A stretch of DNA of 64,000 bases from a virus, in IMG/VR virus record IMGVR_UViG_3300029319_000017, positions 23,893-87,892 of that record; one strand, 5' to 3'. The first letter of the stretch is position 1. Every line of letters begins with the position of its first letter. The position numbers were made by a program, and so were the translations under genes. Positions 47,003 to 56,365 of the stretch are shown piece by piece. Below the pieces are notes generated by a model. The model made no database searches and was not told the origin of the DNA. It saw only the letters and a program-made list of their open reading frames with translations.

Positions 47003-48457
47003 TTATGACGCTGTACACGTAATATCTAGAGAAGTATCAAATCTCTTAAGAATGATACCAGCTGTTTTTAACATGTGAACAGAAGCGCCGTCAACATCAG
47101 ATGCTCTTGCACTTGTTCCGTCAAAACCTCTAGGTACTACAGACCCAGCTACACACCATCTCATCATTTCTCTTCCTTTTTTAGAAAGCATTTGAAGGTT
47201 TGCTTGTCCGTCATAGTTAGACTGATCAACAAATACCATTCTGTATGATTCTAGTGAGTATCCAGTTACAGGGTGTCTTCCTGCAGCTTGAGCAACAGGA
47301 CCATGATCAAATAAAGGTAGTTTAACTACATTTACTGTATGTCCGTCTACGTGCTCGTACTGTGTAAAGTACCCAGTAAGACCTAATGATCTACCTGAAC
47401 CTGTAATGAATCTATTCTCACCACCTACTTTGAATGAGTTTGCACTTGATCCAAAGTGATTTTTAAGAGCTTCATCAAATTCACGCATACCACCAGTTCC
47501 TGTGTAAAGCGTAACTTGTTTTTGATTAGCATCAGTCATACCATAGAATAAATCACCAATAATGTTTTTGATCTTAGTCTCTGTTAAAGTAGAATAAGTA
47601 TCTTTATTAACGATTTGCTCAAGTAATCCTGGTCCTACAATTACTGGTTGACCATTTTCATCTTTCATGAAAGTGTGTCCGTCAGCATTATAAGTTTTTT
47701 GTCCGTACCAGTAGAACATCTCACATTCTTCTTTAAAGTTAAGCATGTGTTGATATTCTTCATAGTCCATCCATAATTTTGTAGTAGCTCCACCTTTAGT
47801 AGGTAATCCAAACTCAACTACATAGTCTCGCGCGTGACCAGACATGTGGTATGATTTTCTTACTGTACCAATCTTGTTTCTTACTAAAGAAGGTGATTGC
47901 CAGTTTGAAGCATTTCCTCTAGAGAAATCAACTCCTACTGGTGCATACAACTGAGCCCAAAGATCACCTACAGTAAAACCTGAAGATAAAGTTGCGCTAG
48001 TTGCTGGATTAACTAACTGTAAAGTATATTTCCAGTTGTTAGTTCCTGCTACTGGTTCTGGTTCTTTCATAATACGTGCTAGTTCTCCTGCAGAGTTTAC
48101 TAGTACATATGGAAAGATAAAAAATTTGTCAGGAAATTGTATTTCAAAAGTACTACCTCCTTGACCTAAATTACCACCACTATTAGTCGCCGCTACTGGT
48201 CGTGTCTTTCTTTTGTGAGTTGCTACACGATATTCATATTCCAATCTATCCATTGACTTAACATTTCCAACCCCCTCAGTTAAGAATGATAGAGGAAATC
48301 TTTTATCGTCTTTACCAGCCAAATGTGTGATAATTGGAGATAATTCAGTAGGCTTTGACATAAGGGCGTTTGCTAGACTGTTCATATCAGTCATTTGCGA
48401 ATCATTATAAAACGTTTTTACAACGCTAATGTTCTTACCTTGTTGTGACATTGCCAT
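47003..48457 (-). CDS. Major capsid protein (crAss-like, HK97 fold)
   Basis: 484 aa between scaffold and gene-75-like ORF; FPLSFLTEG, GPGLLEQI, LYTGTGGMREF, HLPLFD-like VKLPLFD, HPVTGYSLESYRMVF.D. Confidence 0.9.
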   Translation of the reverse strand: MAMSQQGKNISVVKTFYNDSQMTDMNSLANALMSKPTELSPIITHLAGKDDKRFPLSFLTEGVGNVKSMDRLEYEYRVATHKRKTRPVAATNSGGNLGQGGSTFEIQFPDKFFIFPYVLVNSAGELARIMKEPEPVAGTNNWKYTLQLVNPATSATLSSGFTVGDLWAQLYAPVGVDFSRGNASNWQSPSLVRNKIGTVRKSYHMSGHARDYVVEFGLPTKGGATTKLWMDYEEYQHMLNFKEECEMFYWYGQKTYNADGHTFMKDENGQPVIVGPGLLEQIVNKDTYSTLTETKIKNIIGDLFYGMTDANQKQVTLYTGTGGMREFDEALKNHFGSSANSFKVGGENRFITGSGRSLGLTGYFTQYEHVDGHTVNVVKLPLFDHGPVAQAAGRHPVTGYSLESYRMVFVDQSNYDGQANLQMLSKKGREMMRWCVAGSVVPRGFDGTSARASDVDGASVHMLKTAGIILKRFDTSLDITCTAS

Positions 48458-48485
48458 AATTTTCTAAATTTTAAAAGTTAATAGG

Positions 48486-49634
48486 TTAAAACAAATTTAA
48501 ATCTAGATCATCAATATCTACATCTTTTGCTCTAGTTGCTCTTCGAGTACTTTTTGCATTTTTAACACTAGCTTTTTGACTTTTTATTTTATCTTTTAAA
48601 GTACGAGTACTTTTTGTTCTAGCTTTTATATCTATCATTTTATCAAGATTAAAACCTTTGAACATTAAATAGTCAATCGCAAGCTTAGTATTCATGTCAG
48701 ATTCTGAATGATCTAAATCTCTCTGCGTGTAACCTTCCTTGGTTACAGGTTTAGAAAGATACTCAAAAAATTTATTTTTCTCTTTCTCAGGAACCGCAAG
48801 CCCCTTAAAATCTTGTGATGTGTCTATTGTTTCATATACATCATCCCAAAATTGTTTTTGCTCTTTTTGCTGTTTTATTTGTTCTTGCTTTTGTTGTTCT
48901 AAAGCATTTTTTCTATAAGTAGCTTGAGCATTAACTAGTGCTTTTTGTGCACTAGCCGCTTTACTGTAAAGTTTACCATTATCTTCATAATCTTCTAGTA
49001 ACTCTCCAATAAATTCTGCATCGTGACCTTTAGTTTTAAAATATTCTCCTAAAAAATATTTTTGTAACTGTACATCATCTTTTGACATATTAACTCTAGA
49101 GTAATCTTGTCTAGGATCATGCATTCCCATAAAGTCTTGACTGTTACCACCAGCCATTACATACTCCATGTGATCTTTAACTAAAGGAAACTTTTCAAAT
49201 AGCTTATCTAAATTTTCATCTGCCATTTGAACACCTATGTCTTTAGTTAGTTCTACTAATCCTTCAGTAGTGTCATCATATTTTTCATCTACTTCGTATC
49301 CTAACTTTGACAGAACAGCTCCTACGATTGTATCATCTTCTACTTGTTCCGCCTCGACTCCATCATCTTCCGTTGAAACCTCCTTCTTTGTACTCTTTTT
49401 AGAAACTTTTTCTTCAACATCCTCGTCTTCTTCTTCTTCCTCCGCTTCTTCTTGTTTAGCAGCAACATCATCATCAAGACTAGCTTCCGCAAGAACTTCT
49501 TCACTCTTACTCTCACCTTCTTCTGCTTTTGGTTCAACTTCTTCTACAGTTTCCACTGCATCCTCAATACCTTCTCCTAACATATCGTCAAAAGAGATAT
49601 CTTCTATGTTTATTTTTTTATCGTCTATACTCAT
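48486..49634 (-). CDS. Putative capsid scaffolding protein
   Basis: Very acidic low-complexity N-terminus, helical C-terminal half; directly upstream of MCP. Confidence 0.7.
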   Translation of the reverse strand: MSIDDKKINIEDISFDDMLGEGIEDAVETVEEVEPKAEEGESKSEEVLAEASLDDDVAAKQEEAEEEEEDEDVEEKVSKKSTKKEVSTEDDGVEAEQVEDDTIVGAVLSKLGYEVDEKYDDTTEGLVELTKDIGVQMADENLDKLFEKFPLVKDHMEYVMAGGNSQDFMGMHDPRQDYSRVNMSKDDVQLQKYFLGEYFKTKGHDAEFIGELLEDYEDNGKLYSKAASAQKALVNAQATYRKNALEQQKQEQIKQQKEQKQFWDDVYETIDTSQDFKGLAVPEKEKNKFFEYLSKPVTKEGYTQRDLDHSESDMNTKLAIDYLMFKGFNLDKMIDIKARTKSTRTLKDKIKSQKASVKNAKSTRRATRAKDVDIDDLDLNLF

Positions 49635-49658
49635 TGTTCTATATATTTTTTGGTACTA

Positions 49659-49666
49659 CAAAAATA
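49659..49666 (-). promoter_or_regulatory. Bacteroidota-type -7 promoter box (TATTTTTG) upstream of scaffold/MCP
   Basis: Matches TAnnTTTG in the intergenic gap, 24 bp upstream of the start codon. Confidence 0.6.
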
Positions 49667-49729
49667 CCTATTATTAATTAGTTTTTATTATTAAAAATAT
49701 ATTTAGAGTGTCTTTTTAATATATAACAC

Positions 49730-50479
49730 TTATTTTTTATTAAAGTCTTTTAACTTTTCTAAATCCCATTTATACCCACCTTTTTTTCTAAGATAGTCTT
49801 TAATGTAGTTATCAGCGTAATTATTATCTAATCTATATCCACCTTTTTGTTTTGTACCACCTAAAGTTTTAGCATATTTAGCAGCGGCATCTCTATCAGT
49901 CCCAAAATGTATTACTTCTCCTCTACGTTCAGCTTCTGCAGCTACTGATCTCCAATCTTTATTAGCTTGTTCAGATCTATCATCCCAACTTCCATCCTCA
50001 TTTTGAAATAATGTGGGAAAAGCAAACCAATTTATTCCATCTGCAGTTTCATGTCTCATTATATGAGTTGAGTAAGAACCATCCTCATTATCTCTTTTTC
50101 CTGTTCTTTCTGGAAGTTTAAATCCACCTTCTTGATACTGACTAGGATTTTCTAATACTGTTTCTACTCTTTCTCCTGTAGGCATACTTCCTGCAGTTTC
50201 TGATTGATAGCTTTGCACTAATTCTTGTGATGGTGCAGCGTTTGCTTGTTCAATTGCTTCTTGGTTTCTCATTTCCATAGGAGGCATGTCTGTTCCTAAT
50301 GATACTTTTGCAGGTGAGTTTGCAGGTACATCCATTGGATTTATATCCATAGGTTCTAACTCAGGATCTGTACCTGGTTCAGGATCATTTTGTTGAAATA
50401 ATTCTGTAAAAGATCCTTTGTAGCCTGTTGCATAGGCTTCTTTCATTAGTTGTATTTTTTGATCATTAGTTAGAGCCAT
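49730..50479 (-). CDS. Hypothetical modular protein with xxxGG-delimited segments
   Basis: P/E-rich N-terminus, YQEGG, a central YSTHIM...FPTLFQ..DGSW domain, then KTLGG, KQKGG, RKKGG. Confidence 0.7.
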   Translation of the reverse strand: MALTNDQKIQLMKEAYATGYKGSFTELFQQNDPEPGTDPELEPMDINPMDVPANSPAKVSLGTDMPPMEMRNQEAIEQANAAPSQELVQSYQSETAGSMPTGERVETVLENPSQYQEGGFKLPERTGKRDNEDGSYSTHIMRHETADGINWFAFPTLFQNEDGSWDDRSEQANKDWRSVAAEAERRGEVIHFGTDRDAAAKYAKTLGGTKQKGGYRLDNNYADNYIKDYLRKKGGYKWDLEKLKDFNKK

Positions 50480-52799
50480 CTTGTTTCTTTTTTTGATTTA
50501 ATGCTTTTTCTTTTAGTTCTAAATCTTTATCTTTTCTTATACCATCTTGTCTAACACCACCCATTTTCATTTCTTGTTCTGATTGTATTAATCTTTCTTT
50601 TGCAGCATTAGATCTAGCTTTTTCATCATTAGCTTGTTGTCTAATAGCTATATCTTGATCTTTTCTTGCTGCATCAGCCATAGCTTTTTGCATATTAAAA
50701 TTATCAGAATTTAATTTAGATTGAGCTGCTATTTCTGCTACTTGTATTTTAACTTCTCTGTCTCTTTCTTTATTCATATTTTCATTATCAAGCTCTTGTT
50801 GTTTTAATTGTGCTTCTTGTTGAGCTTGTTGAGCTGCAGCTTGTTGTTGTGCTTGTTGTAATTCTTGTTGTGCTTTTTCTGCATCTCTAATTTTATGTTT
50901 TATTTCTGTAAAGCTGTCTGCATCTACCATTTCAGCAACTGTAGAAGCTGGTACCCCATTTTGTACCATTGATTGTGCAAGAGCTTTTAGTGTATCTAGT
51001 TTATCTTGATCTCTACCAGCATCAGAAACAAATATACCATATTCTGATTCTAAATGATCCATTGCATCTACATCAAAATAATCTATTGTACCATCTGACA
51101 TTACGTACATTCCTTTTTTACCTGCTATCCAAGCTTCTTTAGAATAATCTAATAATGCTTGCATATCTCTTTGTTCTAATCTTGCAAATTTTCTAAATAA
51201 ATCTTCTGTAATATGTGATGATTGTACAATAGCTTGTTGTGATGTAGCTTTACCTTCGTATGCACCAACTTGTCCTTGTCTTTGTCTATTTACTCCAGAT
51301 ACTTTTTCCCATTCTAACATTATAGATTCTAATAAACCTATGTATTGTTCTATAGTTTTTATAGACATGTCAAGTACCGATTGATGTTGTGGAGATAGTT
51401 GTATTCCTTCTTTATTATAATCTACCCACGCAATACCTGTACCTTCTACATAATACATAAACTTATCTAAGTCCCATTTTTTTGGGATCATATTAATATC
51501 AAACTGTGCAACAATATCTTTTGACTTTGCAATTGATAATTCTAATCTATATTTATAAATATTGTAATTTAATTGATAAGGTATACCTAGTGATACTAAA
51601 GATATATTTCTAGAGTTAAGATCTGAATATTTACGACCATTTATTGGTAGTTTACATTTAGATGGGTTGTCCATAGAAGTTCTTTGGTTTTCTAAAGGTT
51701 GCATTTTTACATACAATCTACCATCTATTCTTGTTCCTTCCCATACTTCATTAACCCATTCGTAATCTACCTTTGCACCTGTTGCTTTTAAATCTGCAGA
51801 CAATCTATACGTTTCATCAACTTGCATTTCTTCCATTGTCCCAGTTTCTGGATCAATATAACTTAAAAATCCTATTCTTTTTCTACTTTTCCAATATACA
51901 CTTACAACTTCTATTAGTCTTTCTCTGTATAATTCTCTATCATCTGCTCTATTAGATACTGTTAGATAAGAATCCATACTTGCGTGTTCAGGTTCTTCTA
52001 AGGATAGTATTTCTTCATCAGTTAACTCATCTCTATAATAATCTATAATTGTAGACGCATGTACATATTTTCTAACTAACGCCCAATCCCCATCTTCTAC
52101 AAAATCTAAATCAGGATCTTTGTCGTAGTCTATATCTAATGGATTTAATATTTCATAAAAAGGTTCGTTATTTCTAACTCCTCTCCATGTGTATACTTCT
52201 CCAGATACTAAATAATGAAACCATGCTTTTTGGAATTTATCGTAGATTTCTTGGTCTTGCATTATAAAATTAATAGACTGTTGTCCTTTTAATGCTCTAT
52301 TATCTACATATGTTTTTTCAAACATTTCTGCTATTTCAGCAGGCGGTGGTACTTCATTAGAAGGTGTACCAGTTTCTATTCCTTGCTCATTTAAAACATT
52401 TACAAATTGTTGTTGTAAATTTTTCATGATCAATTCTTGCTTTGCTTTTTCTTTTTGTGTAACAGCATCAGCATTTTGTACGGTAACGGTGTAATTAAGG
52501 GGTCTTTTTGATTTTTCACCCAATAACAGATCGATTATAGGCTTAATAATAGGATAGTTACGCATTTTAGAGGGGAAATTGTCCCTAGTTTTACCGTAGG
52601 GTTTTAACACGTATCTGTAATCTGCATCATCAATTACACCGTTGTAATAATCATATAGGCTCTTTAGCCAGTCACGTCTTTCACTGTAACCAGCTGTAGA
52701 AAGATCTATGTATGCCTCCACGCATGCTTCTCTCCACTTCTTATCTTTTTTTCTTATTGATAATTTTTGTTGGGGGATCTTATTTGAACCTAAATACAT
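50466..52799 (-). CDS. Portal protein
   Basis: 777 aa downstream of terL; NYPIIKPIIDLLLGE..KRP, WVNEVWEGTRI, SGVNRQRQG; coiled-coil C-terminus. Confidence 0.92.
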   Translation of the reverse strand: MYLGSNKIPQQKLSIRKKDKKWREACVEAYIDLSTAGYSERRDWLKSLYDYYNGVIDDADYRYVLKPYGKTRDNFPSKMRNYPIIKPIIDLLLGEKSKRPLNYTVTVQNADAVTQKEKAKQELIMKNLQQQFVNVLNEQGIETGTPSNEVPPPAEIAEMFEKTYVDNRALKGQQSINFIMQDQEIYDKFQKAWFHYLVSGEVYTWRGVRNNEPFYEILNPLDIDYDKDPDLDFVEDGDWALVRKYVHASTIIDYYRDELTDEEILSLEEPEHASMDSYLTVSNRADDRELYRERLIEVVSVYWKSRKRIGFLSYIDPETGTMEEMQVDETYRLSADLKATGAKVDYEWVNEVWEGTRIDGRLYVKMQPLENQRTSMDNPSKCKLPINGRKYSDLNSRNISLVSLGIPYQLNYNIYKYRLELSIAKSKDIVAQFDINMIPKKWDLDKFMYYVEGTGIAWVDYNKEGIQLSPQHQSVLDMSIKTIEQYIGLLESIMLEWEKVSGVNRQRQGQVGAYEGKATSQQAIVQSSHITEDLFRKFARLEQRDMQALLDYSKEAWIAGKKGMYVMSDGTIDYFDVDAMDHLESEYGIFVSDAGRDQDKLDTLKALAQSMVQNGVPASTVAEMVDADSFTEIKHKIRDAEKAQQELQQAQQQAAAQQAQQEAQLKQQELDNENMNKERDREVKIQVAEIAAQSKLNSDNFNMQKAMADAARKDQDIAIRQQANDEKARSNAAKERLIQSEQEMKMGGVRQDGIRKDKDLELKEKALNQKKKQDGSN

Positions 52800-52823
52800 A
52801 TACTATACTATTAACCTAATCAT

Positions 52824-52831
52824 CAAAAATA
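52824..52831 (-). promoter_or_regulatory. Bacteroidota-type -7 promoter box (TATTTTTG) upstream of portal
   Basis: TAnnTTTG in the intergenic gap, 24 bp upstream of the ATG, the same spacing as at the scaffold gene. Confidence 0.6.
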
Positions 52832-52893
52832 GTAAAAATAAATATATTTTAGTATAAGAAGAGTATTTTTTGTGTATTGTTTATAATATAACA

Positions 52894-54858
52894 CTAATAA
52901 TAATTAGAATCAAACCATTCTGCTGATGAATTGTCTTCTAATATTTCTTGTACTTCAGAATTGTACATTTCTCTAGTATGATACATACCAACCATTAATG
53001 CCATAGCACGGTCAAAGTTACCTTTATGATTAAACTTAATTAATTCTTGTAATAATGCTAAATCATATATTTTGTGCATGTTTAATACTTGTGTATCATC
53101 TTCATTTGTAGATCTAACTGTATTTAACCAGTCTCTTATGTATATCTCACCTTGTCTTTTTCTAGCTTCTGTCATATGCATACCATATTGACGTTTTACT
53201 TTTTTAGATCTTAAATCTTTTTTATCTAACATCTCAAACTCTTCTTGCAGTCTATGTAATTTTCTATGCCTACGTGCATATGCAATAACTTCACCACGAT
53301 CATTCTCAAATCCTATTTTAGCATTATAATAATCTGCTAACATAAATAAATTTTTATTAAACTCATCTTGTGAGTGTGGTCGTGCAACATAACTAGCAAC
53401 TATCATGTCATCTGGTTGAGATATATTATTTATACGTTTTATAACATATGCAGATCCTAAAGATGATGAATCTGCAGACTGTGATTGTGCATACGGGTCA
53501 TGACAAATAATATACATATTCATAGGCACTTGTTGCTCTGTAGTTTTGTAAGGAGGTTCGTATATTGTTACACATCCTTCTAAATTATCTTCTTTTCTAT
53601 GTGGAAATCTTGTAATAGGACGAGCATCACCATCTAATTTAAATTTAATTTCACCATTATGCCCATAATACAAATAACCATTGTTACCTATGGCTTGTAA
53701 ATTATTTACTTTTACATTATTGTAGTGTTCTTGTAAAGATGCTATGTCAAATAAGTTAGAAGATATTTGTAAAGTAGCTTCTCTTGGATTCATGGGATGT
53801 TCAGCTATATATTGATCATATGCTTTTGGATCATTTGTTCCTTTTTTCTTATCTCTGTTTATTTCTTCAAATTTAACTGCTTGATGCTTTATACTATTCC
53901 CATCTTCGTCAATAAATCCTTCTAAGTTTTCATATATAGGAATAAAATAACCACATTGTGTACCATTACCTCCAGCATCCCACACATTCTCAAAAGCTAA
54001 ACAATCGTAAGAATCAGGATTGTAAAATAGCTCTTCCATACCTTCAAAATCAGCACCTTCTGTACCGCCCGTACCAAATGCTACCATTGTTCCTAATGTT
54101 TTAGATCCTTGACGCATTGTTGGCATTGTAACTTCCCATGCTTTTAATAAACCTGGAAAACTACCTGCTTCTTCAAAAAATATTAGTTCACCAGCTTTAC
54201 CCCTTACTTTATCAGGCGCATCTTTTAAAGACACACCCATTATTTGACTTTTCATTCCTAGTTCTACATCTGCCCCATTTACATTTTTCTTATATCCAGA
54301 CATTTTAATCATTTCTCTATCTCTTAGTCTAGGTTGTGTCCATGCTGTATTGTTATCTACAAAAGATAATATATCCCATGCTTTTGACAATAATCCATCC
54401 CCAATTAAATATTCTTTTTGGCTAGCAAATACAAAATTTTTACTATTTCTTATATGAAAATAATTTCTAGCAAGCATGGCAGCTGCTTTATAAGAATATC
54501 CTTTACGTCTTGCTTTTAAAACAATCATATGTTTATTCTCTTTTCTTGCTTGATCTATAGCATTAAAATATTTCCAATCCCCGTCATAAAATGCAGGAAA
54601 TGTACGCTCTCGTCTTGCTATAATTGTACCATCTGGAAGTTTCTCATCAACAGATCTGTCAATAGGACAATAATTTAAGTAAAAATAATGATTACCTGTA
54701 ATAGTTAGCTCACCAACTGTGTATCCATACAAACATCTTTTTTGTTCTGTATCCCAATATTCGTAGTAATCTTTAGTGCCTGGAAGTGCGGATGTATAAT
54801 ATCCGTGTTTTATAAAATTTAAAGCTGCAGGTCTGAGTCTGTCTGTATTTTTAAGCAT
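52894..54858 (-). CDS. terL: Terminase large subunit
   Basis: Walker A LKARRKGYSY, Walker B IFFEEAG, GTGG coupling motif, nuclease CHDPY and GNFDRAMA. Confidence 0.95.
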   Translation of the reverse strand: MLKNTDRLRPAALNFIKHGYYTSALPGTKDYYEYWDTEQKRCLYGYTVGELTITGNHYFYLNYCPIDRSVDEKLPDGTIIARRERTFPAFYDGDWKYFNAIDQARKENKHMIVLKARRKGYSYKAAAMLARNYFHIRNSKNFVFASQKEYLIGDGLLSKAWDILSFVDNNTAWTQPRLRDREMIKMSGYKKNVNGADVELGMKSQIMGVSLKDAPDKVRGKAGELIFFEEAGSFPGLLKAWEVTMPTMRQGSKTLGTMVAFGTGGTEGADFEGMEELFYNPDSYDCLAFENVWDAGGNGTQCGYFIPIYENLEGFIDEDGNSIKHQAVKFEEINRDKKKGTNDPKAYDQYIAEHPMNPREATLQISSNLFDIASLQEHYNNVKVNNLQAIGNNGYLYYGHNGEIKFKLDGDARPITRFPHRKEDNLEGCVTIYEPPYKTTEQQVPMNMYIICHDPYAQSQSADSSSLGSAYVIKRINNISQPDDMIVASYVARPHSQDEFNKNLFMLADYYNAKIGFENDRGEVIAYARRHRKLHRLQEEFEMLDKKDLRSKKVKRQYGMHMTEARKRQGEIYIRDWLNTVRSTNEDDTQVLNMHKIYDLALLQELIKFNHKGNFDRAMALMVGMYHTREMYNSEVQEILEDNSSAEWFDSNYY

Positions 54859-55133
54859 TTAGATTTTAATTTATGTAGTTCTGCGCATTTTTCATAATCT
54901 TCTAATTCTTCAAAATGACTAACTAGTAATTCTATTGTTCCTTCATCCCTACCATCACTTGCAATAGGATCAAAAGGTAAAAAGAATTCAGTATATTCTT
55001 CATTTTCTAGTTCTAAATAAATATCATCTAATGTTTTTCTTTTAGTTACAATTAAGAAAGCATTTTCCATTGATTTATTGTAATCTGCTAAATCTTCTAA
55101 AAACTTCATCTCACTATCGTTTTCCTCCATCAT
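54819..55133 (-). CDS. Acidic hypothetical protein with UVR-like C-terminal helix pair
   Basis: HFEELEDYEKCAELHKL; start uncertain (55133 or 55130). Confidence 0.6.
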   Translation of the reverse strand: MMEENDSEMKFLEDLADYNKSMENAFLIVTKRKTLDDIYLELENEEYTEFFLPFDPIASDGRDEGTIELLVSHFEELEDYEKCAELHKLKSKCLKIQTDSDLQL

Positions 55134-55485
55134 ATTCCACTGCATAACCTTCTTCTATTAATCTGTCATTAACACAAACTTTAGTAATTGTATCTCGACC
55201 AGATAAAGTGCTAATATGTAACCTGCCTAATACTCTACCATATTTACCTAACTCTTTAGATTCTAGCTCAAATTCATTTGCGCATCCTTCTAACATTTCT
55301 TTTAGCCTTTTTTTAGAAGCTAAACCCATTTTTTTCTCTGCTAAATTTCTTGTTCTAGATTCTGGAGCGTTAATACCAGCTAATCTAATTCTTTTTTTAA
55401 TCTTAATATCAAACCCTAAGTCTATTTCAGCATCAATGGTATCACCATCAACAACTTTAACAGCTTTTGCATTATATGTGTACAT
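55114..55485 (-). CDS. Thermonuclease (SNase) family protein
   Basis: KVVDGDTID, RIRLAGINAPES, GKYGRVLG, VN..LIEEGYA; probable ATG at 55485. Confidence 0.9.
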   Translation of the reverse strand: MYTYNAKAVKVVDGDTIDAEIDLGFDIKIKKRIRLAGINAPESRTRNLAEKKMGLASKKRLKEMLEGCANEFELESKELGKYGRVLGRLHISTLSGRDTITKVCVNDRLIEEGYAVEYDGGKR

Positions 55486-55495
55486 TTTTATTTTT

Positions 55496-55660
55496 TTATT
55501 TCCATAATTCAAACCCCACATTAAAGATCATAATTCTATGTTCTTTAATATCAAAGTTTAAATAAATTTCTAGGATAGTTAAAAACCCTAACCTTAGTGT
55601 GAATTCAAAGATACTACTTTTTTTACCACTTTTCCAAGAATTTATCCAATCTATTTTCAT
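55496..55660 (-). CDS. Small hypothetical protein (54 aa), not in ORF track
   Basis: MKIDWINSWKSGKKSSIFEFTLRLGFLTILEIYLNFDIKEHRIMIFNVGFELWK; the ATG overlaps the upstream TGA (TGATG) and the ORF fills the gap exactly. Confidence 0.65.
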   Translation of the reverse strand: MKIDWINSWKSGKKSSIFEFTLRLGFLTILEIYLNFDIKEHRIMIFNVGFELWK

Positions 55661-56166
55661 CATTGACTATATTTATTTGTTATTACACCTCCCCTATTTT
55701 GGTTTGCAGCCTGTTCTTCTTTCTTTACTAACTCTTCTAATTTAGATAGGCCAGATACTACATCTCCCATCTTAGATAAGTTAGCAACTAAGTCTTTTGC
55801 TGTAAAAATAGGTTTACCATTATCGTCCATAAGTGTTAAATCTATGTCTCTTAAATATTTTTCTAATTTAGTTACAGATGATCTTGCAGACTTTAATAGT
55901 TTAACAGCAGAGGTTTCTGTTAATTCTTTATATTTATCACAAGCAGCTTTTAATTTACTACTTATGTTTACTTTTTCTTTTTTAAAAATACTTTTTTGTA
56001 CTTCTTCGTTTCTTTTTTCTTCTTCATATACAGAAAATGGGGAGTTATGATCGCACATAAAATATACATACGATAATTCTGCAATTGACAAATTTTTAAA
56101 TTCTAAAATTGTAAGTGCGTACGCAGAGGGTATAACTTTATTATCATTTACTGTTAGTAGATTCAT
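55660..56166 (-). CDS. Putative terminase small subunit
   Basis: Helical 168 aa near terL; ELSYVYFM.D..SPF...ACDKY...C-terminal RGG; pattern of crAss-like TerS candidates. Confidence 0.55.
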   Translation of the reverse strand: MNLLTVNDNKVIPSAYALTILEFKNLSIAELSYVYFMCDHNSPFSVYEEEKRNEEVQKSIFKKEKVNISSKLKAACDKYKELTETSAVKLLKSARSSVTKLEKYLRDIDLTLMDDNGKPIFTAKDLVANLSKMGDVVSGLSKLEELVKKEEQAANQNRGGVITNKYSQ

Positions 56167-56365
56167 TTTTTGTTAGATATTTTAATCTATTTTTATTTAC
56201 ATGGAATTTACCTAAATATGGTAATCGTACTGTTTCAAATTTTCCTTTATTTATTATTTTAGATACAAATTTAAATTGGTGCATAACTATATTTTCTACT
56301 GTTTGCAATGGTAAATTATATTTACTTGCTATCTTTTGTATTATTATCTTCTGCTTTTTTTGCAT
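56144..56365 (-). CDS. HU/IHF-like DNA-binding protein
   Basis: IIQKIASKYNL....VENIV...F......I..G....VRLPYLGKF. Confidence 0.7.
   Translation of the reverse strand: MQKKQKIIIQKIASKYNLPLQTVENIVMHQFKFVSKIINKGKFETVRLPYLGKFHVNKNRLKYLTKNESTNSK

Noticed and set aside
47003-54858. Introns or inteins in terL, portal or MCP
   Set aside because: The ORFs are continuous and of ordinary length; no intein or homing-endonuclease motifs were seen.
55606-55613. TATCTTTG (-7 box match) on the minus strand
   Set aside because: It lies inside the probable 54-aa CDS, and chance matches are expected in AT-rich DNA.
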